Under the pieces are notes generated by a model. That model ran no database searches. It was not told the origin of the DNA and was given only the letters and a program-made list of their open reading frames with translations. From positions 32,001-96,000 of the IMG/VR virus record IMGVR_UViG_3300021420_000016: a stretch of DNA of 64,000 nt, one strand, 5' to 3'. This stretch comes from a virus. Shown here piece by piece: positions 46,654-56,242 of the stretch; the first letter of the stretch is position 1; every line of letters begins with the position of its first letter. The translations under genes and the position numbers were made by a program.

Positions 46654-47442
46654 TCAAAACGCCTTCCGCATTTCCTCGATCAGGGCCAGCGATTGCGGCG
46701 CGTTCAGGGCTATGCTTTGCAGCCAATCCGCTTGCGCGCGGAACCGGTCCAGGTCTGCGGTGTGGTCCTGGTACCTGTCTTCTCTCTCGGAGAAGACCAT
46801 CGGGGGCAGTTCGCCGGCGAAATCCAGGATCGTGAAGTTCGGCGCCGGGGAGGAGATCAGCGCCGCGCGGAACGGGACTACCCGCACGATGGCGCCTTCG
46901 CCGGCAAGGTTCAGGATGTGCCCGAGCTGGTCGGCCATGATGTCGGCGCCGGGGTGGCGCTGCAGGACCGCCTCATCCAGGAGGAACGTTGTGGGGATCT
47001 TCCCCACCAGTACCTGCCGGGCTTCACGCACCTGCGGGTACGGCCGGCCGGCGGCCTGGTCGTAGTTTGCGGTGCGCAGCAGCGCGGGGATTACGTCGCG
47101 GGCGAGGCAGACGAGGGACTCGGCGTTTTGCTCCAGGCTGAGGTACAGGACCGACCGGTCGTTGCTGATCGGCTCTATCCTCCACGGGTCTTTCTCCCGG
47201 CCGCGTCTCACGGCGGCAAGGAGCTCCGCCGCGGTGGCCTGGTCGGCGCCGTAGACGAGGCACATGGAGCGGACTGTGCGCCCGTCGGCGAGCCGGTCGC
47301 CGGTTTCGGTGCGGCTGACCGTGGCCATGGAGCACAGCAGTTCGGCTGCGGCCTGCTCGATCGTCATGCCCGCTGCGGTGCGCAGTTCGCGCAGGCGGGC
47401 GGCGAGTTTCATCTGGGCTACGGCGGGGCTGTCACTTGCCAT
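46654..47442 (-). CDS. XRE HTH plus DUF5753 domain regulator
   Basis: LRELR..AGMT.E.AA..L..S..TVSR.ETG.R; IP.LLRT..Y; LDEAVL.R; A.QL.H. Confidence 0.85.
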   Translation of the reverse strand: MASDSPAVAQMKLAARLRELRTAAGMTIEQAAAELLCSMATVSRTETGDRLADGRTVRSMCLVYGADQATAAELLAAVRRGREKDPWRIEPISNDRSVLYLSLEQNAESLVCLARDVIPALLRTANYDQAAGRPYPQVREARQVLVGKIPTTFLLDEAVLQRHPGADIMADQLGHILNLAGEGAIVRVVPFRAALISSPAPNFTILDFAGELPPMVFSEREDRYQDHTADLDRFRAQADWLQSIALNAPQSLALIEEMRKAF

Positions 47443-47487
47443 GTGGCACATATACCCTGCACCGGGCATTTTGCACGTAACCTATCG

Positions 47488-47559
47488 TGCGCCGCCAGGG
47501 GATCGAACCCCGGACCCGCCGATTAAGAGTCGGCTGCTCTACCACTGAGCTAGCAGCGC
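47488..47559 (-). tRNA. tRNA-Lys(CTT)
   Basis: Loop CTCTTAA. Confidence 0.92.
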
Positions 47560-47560
47560 C

Positions 47561-47634
47561 TGGAGCGGGTGAAGGGGATCGAACCCTCATGACCAGCTTG
47601 GAGGGCTGGGGCTCTGCCATTGAGCTACGCCCGC
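47561..47634 (-). tRNA. tRNA-Gly(TCC)
   Basis: Loop CCTCCAA (C33); encoded CCA. Confidence 0.88.
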
Positions 47635-47643
47635 ATTGACTTT

Positions 47644-47720
47644 TGGTGGCCACTCTCCGAGTCGAACGGAGGCCCTCTCACTTTTCAGGCGAGCGCTCAT
47701 ACCAACTGAGCTAAGCGGCC
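47644..47720 (-). tRNA. tRNA-Phe(GAA)
   Basis: Loop CTGAAAA; encoded CCA. Confidence 0.9.
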
Positions 47721-47724
47721 ATAG

Positions 47725-47796
47725 TCGGGATGGTCCGAACCGAACGGACGCCCTTCTGCTCCCAAAGCAGACGCTCTTCCACTGAGCTACACCCCG
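47725..47796 (-). tRNA. tRNA-Pro(TGG)
   Basis: Loop TTTGGGA. Confidence 0.85.
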
Positions 47797-47801
47797 AATC
47801 G

Positions 47802-47876
47802 TCGGGACAGACCGATTTGAACGGCCGGCCTCCGGCTCCCCGAGCCGGCGCTCTAACCAAGCTGAGCTATGCCCCG
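47802..47876 (-). tRNA. tRNA-Pro(GGG)
   Basis: Loop TCGGGGA (C33). Confidence 0.82.
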
Positions 47877-47877
47877 G

Positions 47878-48062
47878 TTACGCCACGTGTTTCCAGGTGC
47901 GCCCACACCGAATATCGCTGATCGTGGCCTTGTGAACTCCCAGCAGTTTGGCAAGGGCAATCCCCCGACGCATGAGCCGTTCGCGGCCAGCCACTTGGCT
48001 CTCCTGGCAGCGACCCACTCCCGCATGTACTTTCGCTGCCGCTCAGGATCGGCATAAGGCAT
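47878..48062 (-). pseudogene. internally deleted HNH endonuclease remnant
   Basis: MPYADPE.QRKY.REW..RR..W N-terminus joined out of frame to LAKLLGVHKATISDIR.GRTWKHV helix-turn-helix C-terminus. Confidence 0.65.
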
Positions 48063-48104
48063 GCGAACGGTATATCGCAGTTAGCCCTTTGACCTGTACT
48101 CTTG

Positions 48105-48182
48105 TGGTCGGGATGGGGTGATTCGAACACCCGGCCTCCTCGTCCCGAACGAGGCGCGCTGACCAAGCTGCGCCACATCCCG
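48105..48182 (-). tRNA. tRNA-Pro(CGG)
   Basis: Loop TTCGGGA; encoded CCA. Confidence 0.9.
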
Positions 48183-48414
48183 TTTGCCGGTTCCCTCCCA
48201 GGGCGTGCCGCCAGTGCAGGCAGAGAACGTTCCGTCCCCTTGCCGGAAAGAGGGACCCAGGCCCCTCGCGCGTCCGGGCGGGGAGACTTCCCCGGGGGCG
48301 GACTGTGATGCGCATTGCACGGCGGTCCCTGGTTGCCGGATCAGCCCTCCGCAGTTTGCTGTGTGGTACGTCACTTCTGCGAGCGATATCCGGCCCGGCT
48401 AGCGGGGACCGTAG

Positions 48415-48487
48415 TGGAGTTACAGGGACTCGAACCCTGGGCCTCCGCGTTGCGGGCGCGGCGCTCTCCCGGCTGAGCTATAACCCC
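48415..48487 (-). tRNA. tRNA-Ala(CGC)
   Basis: G3:U70 pair; loop CCCGCAA (C33). Confidence 0.85.
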
Positions 48488-48585
48488 TCAAGCGTGGTGG
48501 CCTCCGGTTGTTTGTCCCTTATTTAGCAGGGAGAGCCACGTATTCCCCGGAGGTTGCCCCCGGCGCCAGTCCGGGACCCCCCTTG

Positions 48586-48658
48586 TGGAGCTACGCGGAT
48601 TCGAACCGCGGACCCTCTCGATGCCATCGAGATGCTCTGCCAACTGAGCTATAACCCC
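48586..48658 (-). tRNA. tRNA-Ala(GGC)
   Basis: G3:U70 pair; loop ATGGCAT. Confidence 0.9.
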
Positions 48659-48845
48659 ATCTGGGCGGTTAGAACTGCCGCTCCCCCACTGGCCCAGAGT
48701 GGGCCGGCGGGATCATCGACGGGCAGAGACCACCCACGCGGGACTTATGGCCGCCCGCCTTTTCGTTTGGTGCTCACGCTATGCAAGTTTCAACCACCGG
48801 GCGGGTTCACCAGCCTTACCTCTCGGTCGCGCTGGTGCCGCTTCG

Positions 48846-48918
48846 CCCGGACGGAGGGACTCGAACCCTCAACCAACGGTTTTGGAGACCGTCACTCTTC
48901 CAATTGAGCTACGTCCGA
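48846..48918 (-). tRNA. tRNA-Trp(CCA)
   Basis: Loop CTCCAAA. Confidence 0.9.
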
Positions 48919-48938
48919 CTGCTTGGCTTGTACCTACG

Positions 48939-48977
48939 AAAAAAACCGCCCCTTTCCGGCTTCCCGGGGGGCGGTTC
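48939..48977 (-). terminator. rho-independent terminator just upstream of the tRNA array
   Basis: AACCGCCCC..GGGGCGGTTTTTTT on - strand. Confidence 0.75.
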
Positions 48978-49203
48978 CTGGTTCGCTTGCCTGCTATCCA
49001 GAAACCTCCCTGCCGGGGGTGCGCCCGTTGCCGTCGCTCAGGGCAGCCGCCGGCTGCGAGAACGGGTACGCGGATGCGTGCCGTTCGTCGCGCTCGATGA
49101 CTTGCCAGAGTTTCACGGGTACTGCCTTCCGGTTGGTGCTGCTGGTATCAAGGGTACGGGGTGCAGTGGGCTGTGCGCAACGGGTATTGCCGGACGTGAT
49201 CAC

Positions 49204-49246
49204 AAAGAAGCCGGGCCTCCCGCACGCCCAGTGCGGGAAGCCCGGC
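49204..49246 (-). terminator. rho-independent terminator
   Basis: GCCGGGCTTCCCGCAC..GTGCGGGAGGCCCGGCTTCTTT after gene 49262..50098. Confidence 0.7.
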
Positions 49247-49261
49247 CGCCTTAGCGGGGAC

Positions 49262-50098
49262 TTACCGCCACCTGGGCAGCTTCCTGCTGCGGCGCCCCTG
49301 GTTGTACGCGTCGGTGACGAGTTCGGCGACGCTGTTGGCGACGGAGCCGCCACGGACGCGCTTGAGGCCGCTGGACTTGTACAGCAGTTCCTGGGGGCCG
49401 CCTTCGAGGTCCATGAGCTGCTGCACCATGTGGTCGGTGTCGATGGCCAAGCCGTGCCGGACGAACAGTGCGCCGATGCCGCCGATGATCGCCGAGTCGC
49501 CGGCTTTGAGGTCGTGCTGCCACGCCTGCACGATCGTCTGGAGGGTGCTTGCGAGGACGAACTGCGGGTCGTCCGGATGGTGGCGCTCGTCGTCCTTCCA
49601 CAGTCTCTCCAGCGTCGAGACCGCCGTGATCACGCCCGGCCCGGGGACGACGTCGACCTTCCAGCCTGCCAGTTCGGCGGTCTTAAGGATCGCGCAGGCG
49701 ACCGGGTCGCCTTGGGTTACCCGTGCCTTGAACCGGTGGCCCGGGGTGACTGCCCGGCCGGAGTTCAGCAGGACGAACAGGCCGGCTTCCTGGGCGAGGT
49801 CGAGGCCGGTGTAGATTTCGCAGAGAATGCCGGGCCCATAGTCGCAGGCCTGGCAGAGGGCGATCCGGTTCTGGCCGTCCACGACGACGAAGGTCCCGTC
49901 GGCGCGCTGCGACACTGCGGGGATGCCCAGGGCGTCTGGGCGGAACCTTTTGACGCGGGCCTGTACCCAGTTCGGGTCCACGTCGCGCGTGTTGACGCGC
50001 TGGTCCCGGGTGATTTTATCGATCGGGACAAGCGCGACCCGGTCGGGGGCGGGCAGTCCGGTGCTGTTAGTGGTTGCTGGTGCCGTCGCCGTAGCCAT
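49262..50098 (-). CDS. ParB/Srx-fold protein (DUF6551-like)
   Basis: G...VS.R.DG...VVDGQNR; EA.LF..LN. Confidence 0.7.
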   Translation of the reverse strand: MATATAPATTNSTGLPAPDRVALVPIDKITRDQRVNTRDVDPNWVQARVKRFRPDALGIPAVSQRADGTFVVVDGQNRIALCQACDYGPGILCEIYTGLDLAQEAGLFVLLNSGRAVTPGHRFKARVTQGDPVACAILKTAELAGWKVDVVPGPGVITAVSTLERLWKDDERHHPDDPQFVLASTLQTIVQAWQHDLKAGDSAIIGGIGALFVRHGLAIDTDHMVQQLMDLEGGPQELLYKSSGLKRVRGGSVANSVAELVTDAYNQGRRSRKLPRWR

Positions 50099-50903
50099 AG
50101 CGCCTGAGTTCCTTTCTGAACCGTTGAAGTACTCCGAGTGTCTCGTCGGCTCTGTGTCCCCACCGCTTGATGACATCGCTGGGGATCCCTGTGTCCAGGG
50201 GCATGGCCGTGGACAGGCCGGCGATGATTCCCCCGAGGGCGGCGAGGGCCGCGCTGACCGAATCTTCCTGGCTGCGGCTGGGCAGCCTGCGGGGGCCGTG
50301 GGATGGTGCCGGTGGCCACTCGCTGGCCCCGGTCCGGTACAGCCGCTGCGCAGCCTTCAGGTCACTTGGCCGCCTGATGAGGGCGAGGGCCTCGCGAGCC
50401 CGCGCCTGCTCTTCTGCGGGAATGCGCTGCTGGCCGCCGCCCCGGAGCGGGCGGTAACCGCGGGCGGCGAGCACCAGTTCCCGCGCGGCGCCGTATTGGC
50501 TGCCGTTTAGCCCGAGTGCCCTCGCCATCTCTTCCCGCCGCAGGTCGCGGCGGCCGGCCGTGGCCGTGGATCCGTCCCTGGGCCACCATTGCAGTTCCCG
50601 GAGCGCGAGATCTATGCCGATCGCCTCGGCAACAGTGAGTGGGTGCACGCATTGCACGTTCTGCGCGTCGCGGCGGATCCGGTCTAGTGCCTCTTGCACG
50701 GTGGTGATGGTTTCGGCGGGGATGCGCCGCCAGCCGAGCCGGCGGCAGGCTTCCAGTCGCCGGCGGCCAAGAATAAGCCGGCCGGTGGGGCCGGCGGTGA
50801 TGGGATAGTGGAGCCCTTCGGCGGCGATGGAGGCCATCAGGGGGCCCAGGTCTCCCAGGTTCCGCCCGGCGCGTTCACCTAGGTCGATCGAGCCGATGTC
50901 CAT
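50067..50903 (-). CDS. ParB N-terminal domain protein
   Basis: L.ASI...GL..PI..LI.GRRRL.A...LGW. Confidence 0.75.
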   Translation of the reverse strand: MDIGSIDLGERAGRNLGDLGPLMASIAAEGLHYPITAGPTGRLILGRRRLEACRRLGWRRIPAETITTVQEALDRIRRDAQNVQCVHPLTVAEAIGIDLALRELQWWPRDGSTATAGRRDLRREEMARALGLNGSQYGAARELVLAARGYRPLRGGGQQRIPAEEQARAREALALIRRPSDLKAAQRLYRTGASEWPPAPSHGPRRLPSRSQEDSVSAALAALGGIIAGLSTAMPLDTGIPSDVIKRWGHRADETLGVLQRFRKELRRYGYGDGTSNH

Positions 50904-50998
50904 CTCATCCTCCCCGGGGAGGAGAGTGGCGTGCCCGGGGGCGGGAGACGGTGGTGCTCTCAATGGTTTTCCCTCCTTCGTGCGGGGACTGTACTGGT

Positions 50999-51673
50999 TT
51001 ATGCGGCGGCCTGTTCCTGCTCCTGCCAGAACTCCGTGACACCGGGCAGGGAGTGCTTCGGGCATGGTCCCGCAAGAGGGGCGGTGGGCCCGCATTCCGG
51101 GCACCAGCAGGTGACCTGAATGCCCGCGTGCATCATTTTTACGGCGCAATCCAGCGCCGCGGCGTTCTTGCGGCCAGGCTGGAGCAGTACCACTCCGCGG
51201 TGGGACAGTGGGGACGCGGCCACGAGTGCCGAGTTGCGGATCATTTCCGCGGCCGGGCAGTATGTGCCGGTGCCTGTTTCGCTGGTCTTGCGGTGCCCTG
51301 GGCTGGCGCCGAGGGGATAGCAGCCGTGGCACCACGCGTCCGGGTCTGCGGCGAATATCTTTGGTGGCAGCCAGCCGAGGCGGCGTGCCGCAGCGGTTAG
51401 CATCTGGTCGCCGCCGGTAAGGCTACCGCCGGTCCGTAGCTGGACGTCCTTCCTGCCGCCAGCCGCGTGGATAAGCGCGGCCATGGCCAGGGTGTGGCCT
51501 TGGGCCGCAGAACCGGACTGGCCAAGGGCGGGCGGGCCCGCGCCGGAGACGATAACCGGAGAGTCGAGTATCCGTACCCCGCTGTTCCCGTAATAGGCGG
51601 CCAGAATCTGGATCGCCCGCTTATTGACCGTCCCGGTCGCTGCGGTCGACGTGGCCGCGAGGATGGTGGCCAT
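50999..51673 (-). CDS. SLOG/YspA-like protein, divergent
   Basis: GG..GGD..A..LG; RNSALV; paralog of 52124..52741. Confidence 0.5.
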   Translation of the reverse strand: MATILAATSTAATGTVNKRAIQILAAYYGNSGVRILDSPVIVSGAGPPALGQSGSAAQGHTLAMAALIHAAGGRKDVQLRTGGSLTGGDQMLTAAARRLGWLPPKIFAADPDAWCHGCYPLGASPGHRKTSETGTGTYCPAAEMIRNSALVAASPLSHRGVVLLQPGRKNAAALDCAVKMMHAGIQVTCWCPECGPTAPLAGPCPKHSLPGVTEFWQEQEQAAA

Positions 51674-51680
51674 GCCGGGC

Positions 51681-52013
51681 TCAGTGGGCCGATTCGTATT
51701 CGGCTATGACCGCCGCCGGTATGCGGCCGCGCTCGCTGACCTGATGGCCGTTCTGCTTCGCCCAGGCCCGGACGTCGGTGTTGTGGTCCCGGCTGGCGGC
51801 TGTGCGGCGGGGGCGCGCCTGGGACCGGCCCATAGTGGTGCGCCGGGCGTGCGGGATGATGTCATCGAACCGCTTGCGCAAATCCTTGGCGTGCGTGGCG
51901 CATGCGTCGATCTCATAGGAGGTGCCGTCGAAGGCGAAGCTGAGGGTCTCGTCCCCTGTGGTGCCATCGTCGTGCAGGTCGCATTCGTACGTCACTATGG
52001 TTTTCTGTGCCAT
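51681..52013 (-). CDS. lsr2: Lsr2 nucleoid-associated protein
   Basis: MAQK..DL..ET..F.FDG.SYEID; VRAWAKQNG..VSERGRIP. Confidence 0.93.
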   Translation of the reverse strand: MAQKTIVTYECDLHDDGTTGDETLSFAFDGTSYEIDACATHAKDLRKRFDDIIPHARRTTMGRSQARPRRTAASRDHNTDVRAWAKQNGHQVSERGRIPAAVIAEYESAH

Positions 52014-52123
52014 CCTCTTCCGCTTTCTCCGAGTGGTGGTCCCCCGCGAGGGATGTCATACGCCACGATACCGCCGGCTGCCGGCACTGTGGGGCATTCA
52101 GCGCTTTTGATAGTCACTTAGGA

Positions 52124-52741
52124 CTATGCGCCGCTGAATATAGGCAGCACCCCCGTTTCCTTGTCCCAGCCGTCGAGTACCACGCGGGCCGAATGACGGC
52201 GGCACGGGCCGTCGAGGGACCTGAGCCCGCACGCATCGCAAAAGCACCGTAGGGGGACATTCGCATGGAACATTTTCACCGAGCAGTCGAGAGTACCGGA
52301 GTTGCGCAGCCCGGCAGTGAAGAACGCCAGCCCCCGGCGGGCCGGCGGGTCCTTGGCCACCATGGCACTGTTGCGCCGGAACCCGGCATCAGGGCACCGC
52401 TGCGGGCCGTGGCGGCGCCGCCGGTCATGGGATGGCAACCCGGCGGCGCGGGTGGTCCCGTCGGTGCACTGCGGGCACCAGGACTTCCAGTCGGCGGGCA
52501 TCGGGTCGGGCAGCACCTCGATGGCCGTGTACCCGGCGGCGTAAAGGGGCGCTTGCGCCCGGGCCCAGGCGTGCGCCTGCCGGTCGCCGCCGCGGGCCGC
52601 GCCGTGGGTCACCAGCATCCGCGCCGCGCCGGCAGCTACGGCTTCGCCGCAGGCCATATCCAGGGCCCAGGGCACCAGGCCGTCTTCGGGGAACGACCGG
52701 CCGGCGGTGACCTGCACCCGCCGCAGCCCAGTGTCACTCAT
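52124..52741 (-). CDS. SLOG/YspA-like (DUF2493) protein
   Basis: VTAGR, HGAARGGD..A..WA, PADW, AG..RN..M, S.GT.DC. Confidence 0.7.
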   Translation of the reverse strand: MSDTGLRRVQVTAGRSFPEDGLVPWALDMACGEAVAAGAARMLVTHGAARGGDRQAHAWARAQAPLYAAGYTAIEVLPDPMPADWKSWCPQCTDGTTRAAGLPSHDRRRRHGPQRCPDAGFRRNSAMVAKDPPARRGLAFFTAGLRNSGTLDCSVKMFHANVPLRCFCDACGLRSLDGPCRRHSARVVLDGWDKETGVLPIFSGA

Positions 52742-53144
52742 CCAGTTCCCCCGGCGGTATTTGGTAGTGACCGGTCCGCACCTGCTCCAGCTCCCCGTAG
52801 CGGGCCAGTGTCCCCAGGCCCTGGGCTGCGGCCTTTCGCGGGTCAGGCGCGGGGGTTACCCAGCCACGGGCGAGCATCCATTCCGCCGCCGGGCCAGCGG
52901 TGATGTCGTCGGCGGTGCCCTTCTCGCCCAGGTGCTGGATGTAGGCGCGCAGCAGCACGTAGGTGCCCCGGGGGCGGGCATGGGAATGCCGCCTGGGTGG
53001 CTGCCGGGCCAGAGCGCGCAGGGCCGCCTCAACGGAGCTTCGTTCCACGTTGAGCTGGCGCCTGTAAGCCCGCAGGGCGGCGGCGGCCTCGGCGCCTAGC
53101 CGGGCGAGAAGGCCGGGGTCCAGCTCATCCGGGTGGCTGGTCAT
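52734..53144 (-). CDS. hypothetical protein (winged-helix-like C-terminus)
   Basis: Coupled to neighbours. Confidence 0.5.
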   Translation of the reverse strand: MTSHPDELDPGLLARLGAEAAAALRAYRRQLNVERSSVEAALRALARQPPRRHSHARPRGTYVLLRAYIQHLGEKGTADDITAGPAAEWMLARGWVTPAPDPRKAAAQGLGTLARYGELEQVRTGHYQIPPGELDE

Positions 53145-53767
53145 GGCTGCACCTGTACCCTCTGCGGGGGGACCCGGCTGAGGGCTTTGATGAATGCGGC
53201 TGAAACGACAGCCCACGTCTGGCCGGTGTCTCCGGTGAGGTGCTGGATCGCGAGCAGGCCCGACCAGGCAACCTCGCCCAGCGCGGCGAGCAGCTCGCCC
53301 TCGGTGCCGCAGGCGCCTTTGCGGTAGTTCTCCCCCGTCTGCCTGCTCAGGGCGGCCCATACGCGGCCCGCCTTTCCGCAGGGCGCGGTCACCCGGGCCC
53401 AGGTGTGGGCGGCGGGCGTGGCACCGACGGCGCCGAGCAGGCCCGCAATCGTCAGCGGGCCCCCATGGGGGCCGGGCACGGCAGCGGAAATAACAGCCCA
53501 TGTCGCGCTGGTGTCCTTGGTGAGATGCTGGATCGCGCACAGGGCCGCGGAGATGACGTCTCCTGCTTCTCCGAGCGCCTCGTCAAGGGTGCCTTGATAC
53601 CACGCGTCCCATAGTTCGCCGGCTTCCTCGCAGCACTTGGTCACCCGGGCCCACCTGAGGGCGAGCGGCTGGCCGCGGTACCCCGGGCCGGCGCTGGCGT
53701 CGATGTGGGCGTCAATGACTTCGACGGCGCCGAGGAGTTCCGCGAGGGTCAGGTGCTCAGCCTTCAC
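53141..53767 (-). CDS. MazG-like nucleotide pyrophosphohydrolase with internal duplication
   Basis: KCCEEAGE..EAGDV in first copy; degenerate second WARVT..AIQHLT copy. Confidence 0.65.
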   Translation of the reverse strand: MKAEHLTLAELLGAVEVIDAHIDASAGPGYRGQPLALRWARVTKCCEEAGELWDAWYQGTLDEALGEAGDVISAALCAIQHLTKDTSATWAVISAAVPGPHGGPLTIAGLLGAVGATPAAHTWARVTAPCGKAGRVWAALSRQTGENYRKGACGTEGELLAALGEVAWSGLLAIQHLTGDTGQTWAVVSAAFIKALSRVPPQRVQVQP

Positions 53768-54462
53768 GCCGCCACCGGGCCCGGGCGTCTTCGAGGAGTT
53801 CCCCGATCGCGGCTGCGGCTGCGTCCGCGGTGGCTTTACCCCCGGCGGCGAGCCCTTCGGTGTAAATGAGAGGCGCCGCGGCGTTCAGGATGATGCGGGC
53901 CACTTCCCGGTCGGCGTCATGCGGCCCGTCGCCGCAACGGCAAATGGACTGGTGCCGGGCAGCCGCGCCGGCTTCCACGGCTTCGGGGAACTTCATGCTT
54001 GCGCCGGCCATCGCCGGGTCGTCTCCTGGATTCGCTGGGTCTCTCACCGGGCCTGTCCGCCTTCCCGGAACCGGACGGCCCGCCACACCGTCCGCTCGTA
54101 GTAGTCTCGCCGCTCCAGTTGCAGGCACACCATTCCGCAGCGCCGGGCGGCTTTCACGGCGTCCCGCCAGACCTGCCGTTCGTCGCGGTGCTTGTGGTAG
54201 CGGATCACTTCAACGTCGAGATACTGGCAGAAACCTTCCGCCCAGCCGATGTGCACGGCGTTGCCGGGGATCACCACGGAAAACCGGACGTCGAAGTTGC
54301 CAGGATGATTGGCGAGCCCGTCGTGGTATTCCCTGACCGTTTCGCCGTGGTGCACCCGGACGGTGCTGCCGTGCGGCAGGCAGGCGATGACGACCTCGTC
54401 CGCTCCGGGCCACGCCTCCACGACGGTCACGACGGCAGGTCCAGGATCTTGTACGACACCGC

Positions 54463-54921
54463 TCAGCCCCCCAGTTCGGCGCCCGTTAGCGATGCACCTT
54501 CAGCTACCTCCAGCGCGGCGGAAACGCGGGCGGACTGCTCGTCGTGACCGTGCTGGTCACGGAACTCAAGGAACAGGCCGATCGACTGGTCGGCGAGGTC
54601 GAACGCTTCACCCCGGGTGGGCCGGTGCTCGCGCAGCCTGCGGAGTTCGCGTACCACTGCGAGCACATTGACGTCCCCGTCTGGCGGGTTCCACATGGTG
54701 GACTTGTCCCAGTGATCAAGCGCGTCGGCCCGGGTCACCCCCGCCGCCTCGTACCGGTTCCTGTATGGACTGGCCGCGTCGCTGGTGCACGTCATCTTCA
54801 TGCCCCGCGAGTCCACGACGTGAAGCGGGGCGCCGCATACGCGACACACCCGGGGCTGCGCGTAGCGGAACTCAAGCGCCGCCAGGAGATCGTCCGTAAC
54901 GTCTGGGAGTTCGCCGGTCAT
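54463..54921 (-). CDS. hypothetical protein
   Basis: CRVCG zinc motif; protein-like composition. Confidence 0.5.
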   Translation of the reverse strand: MTGELPDVTDDLLAALEFRYAQPRVCRVCGAPLHVVDSRGMKMTCTSDAASPYRNRYEAAGVTRADALDHWDKSTMWNPPDGDVNVLAVVRELRRLREHRPTRGEAFDLADQSIGLFLEFRDQHGHDEQSARVSAALEVAEGASLTGAELGG

Positions 54922-55216
54922 CGGTCAGCCCTCACGTCCGGGGTTCGCAGGTCGGGGCGCGAGCCTCCCGGCGCCGGCGCAGCTAGTCCCGTCGCCCCTT
55001 CCCGCTTCCCCTGCGGTCCCTCTGGTGCGCACTTGGGAGGCGTCAGGGGCGCCCGCCTCCCCACGGGACGTGAACGGCCGGGCCTCGAACCCGGTCTGGC
55101 TGCCTGCCGTTCTCACTGCGGATCCCTTCCTGCTCATGGTGGCTTACCACCTCCGGTTTCCGCTATCGTAACGCAGGAGTGGACAGGTGGCAAGCCACCA
55201 TGCGAGGATTCATGCC

Positions 55217-55405
55217 ATGCCGAGCCAGCACCGTTATCCGGCGATCACCTCGCGCGGGCCCGAGGACGTGAGGGAGCGCGCCCAGGCGGCCGCCGCTGCG
55301 GTCGGGTCGAATCTCAGCGCACACATCCTCGCGTTCGTGCGGTGGCTCGCCCACGACACCGACGAGCTTCCCGAGCGGCCCGAGCAGCCACCGCCCGGCA
55401 CCTAA
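55217..55405 (+). CDS. small ribbon-helix-helix-like regulator
   Basis: R.P.DV..RA..A..G.NLS..I..F.RW..LPERP pattern. Confidence 0.55.
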   Translation: MPSQHRYPAITSRGPEDVRERAQAAAAAVGSNLSAHILAFVRWLAHDTDELPERPEQPPPGT

Positions 55406-56242
55406 CCCCTTCACCCTCTTCGGCATCCCCGCCGCACCTTTTCAGCGTCCTCCCGTGCTTGGTGAGCTCGCGCACAGCAAGGGCAGTACGTGCCATTACA
55501 CAGTCCAGCGGGATGCTCGACGCTCCCTTCGATCTCCGCCGCGAGCCGCTCGGCGAGCGCCATGTCGTTCCAGCGCATGAGCCACCCCTTGGTGCCGGGG
55601 AACAGGGTGATCATCGCCGGCCTCCCCGCCGTTCACGCAGCAGCATCGGCGCGCTCCCCCCTCGTGATCAGCCGGTCATACCTGCGGGCGGTGGCCACGG
55701 TTACCCGCAGCCGCAGTGCCGCCTGCGGCGGCGTGTACCCCGCAGCGAGCAGGCGCTCGTATTCGGCGACCCGGGCAGCGTGCGCCTGGCGGCGGACCCG
55801 ATTGGACCGGGCGGCCCGCTCAGCCTGAGGCATCGGCGGCGGCGGCCCGCTCTCCGGCCGGCCTGCCCGGTACCAGCGTTTCGTGCAAGCGTCACACCAC
55901 TGGTGTGCACCGGTGTAGTTACCCGGGGAGTCGGTGCGCTCGCGCCGTGGGTGGCCGCAGCGCGGCGCGATCTCAGGGGGCAAGGCAGCCATAAGAACCA
56001 CCCGAAGGCGCTGCCGTCAGGCGCCATCACCTCGAACGTGACCTTGGTGCATCCCGGCGACATCCGGTCCAGGGTCCTGCGCGCCAGTATTGCGCGGGCC
56101 GCGGACGGCACGCGGATCACCGTCTCGCCCGGCGCCGTGACCGCGGCCCGGATCTGCGCCGCGAGATCAGACAACTCGCGGTCAACAAAGTCGCCGCCGG
56201 CGGTGGGCTCGTTAGTCATGGCCGGACTCCTTCCCGGGGTGA

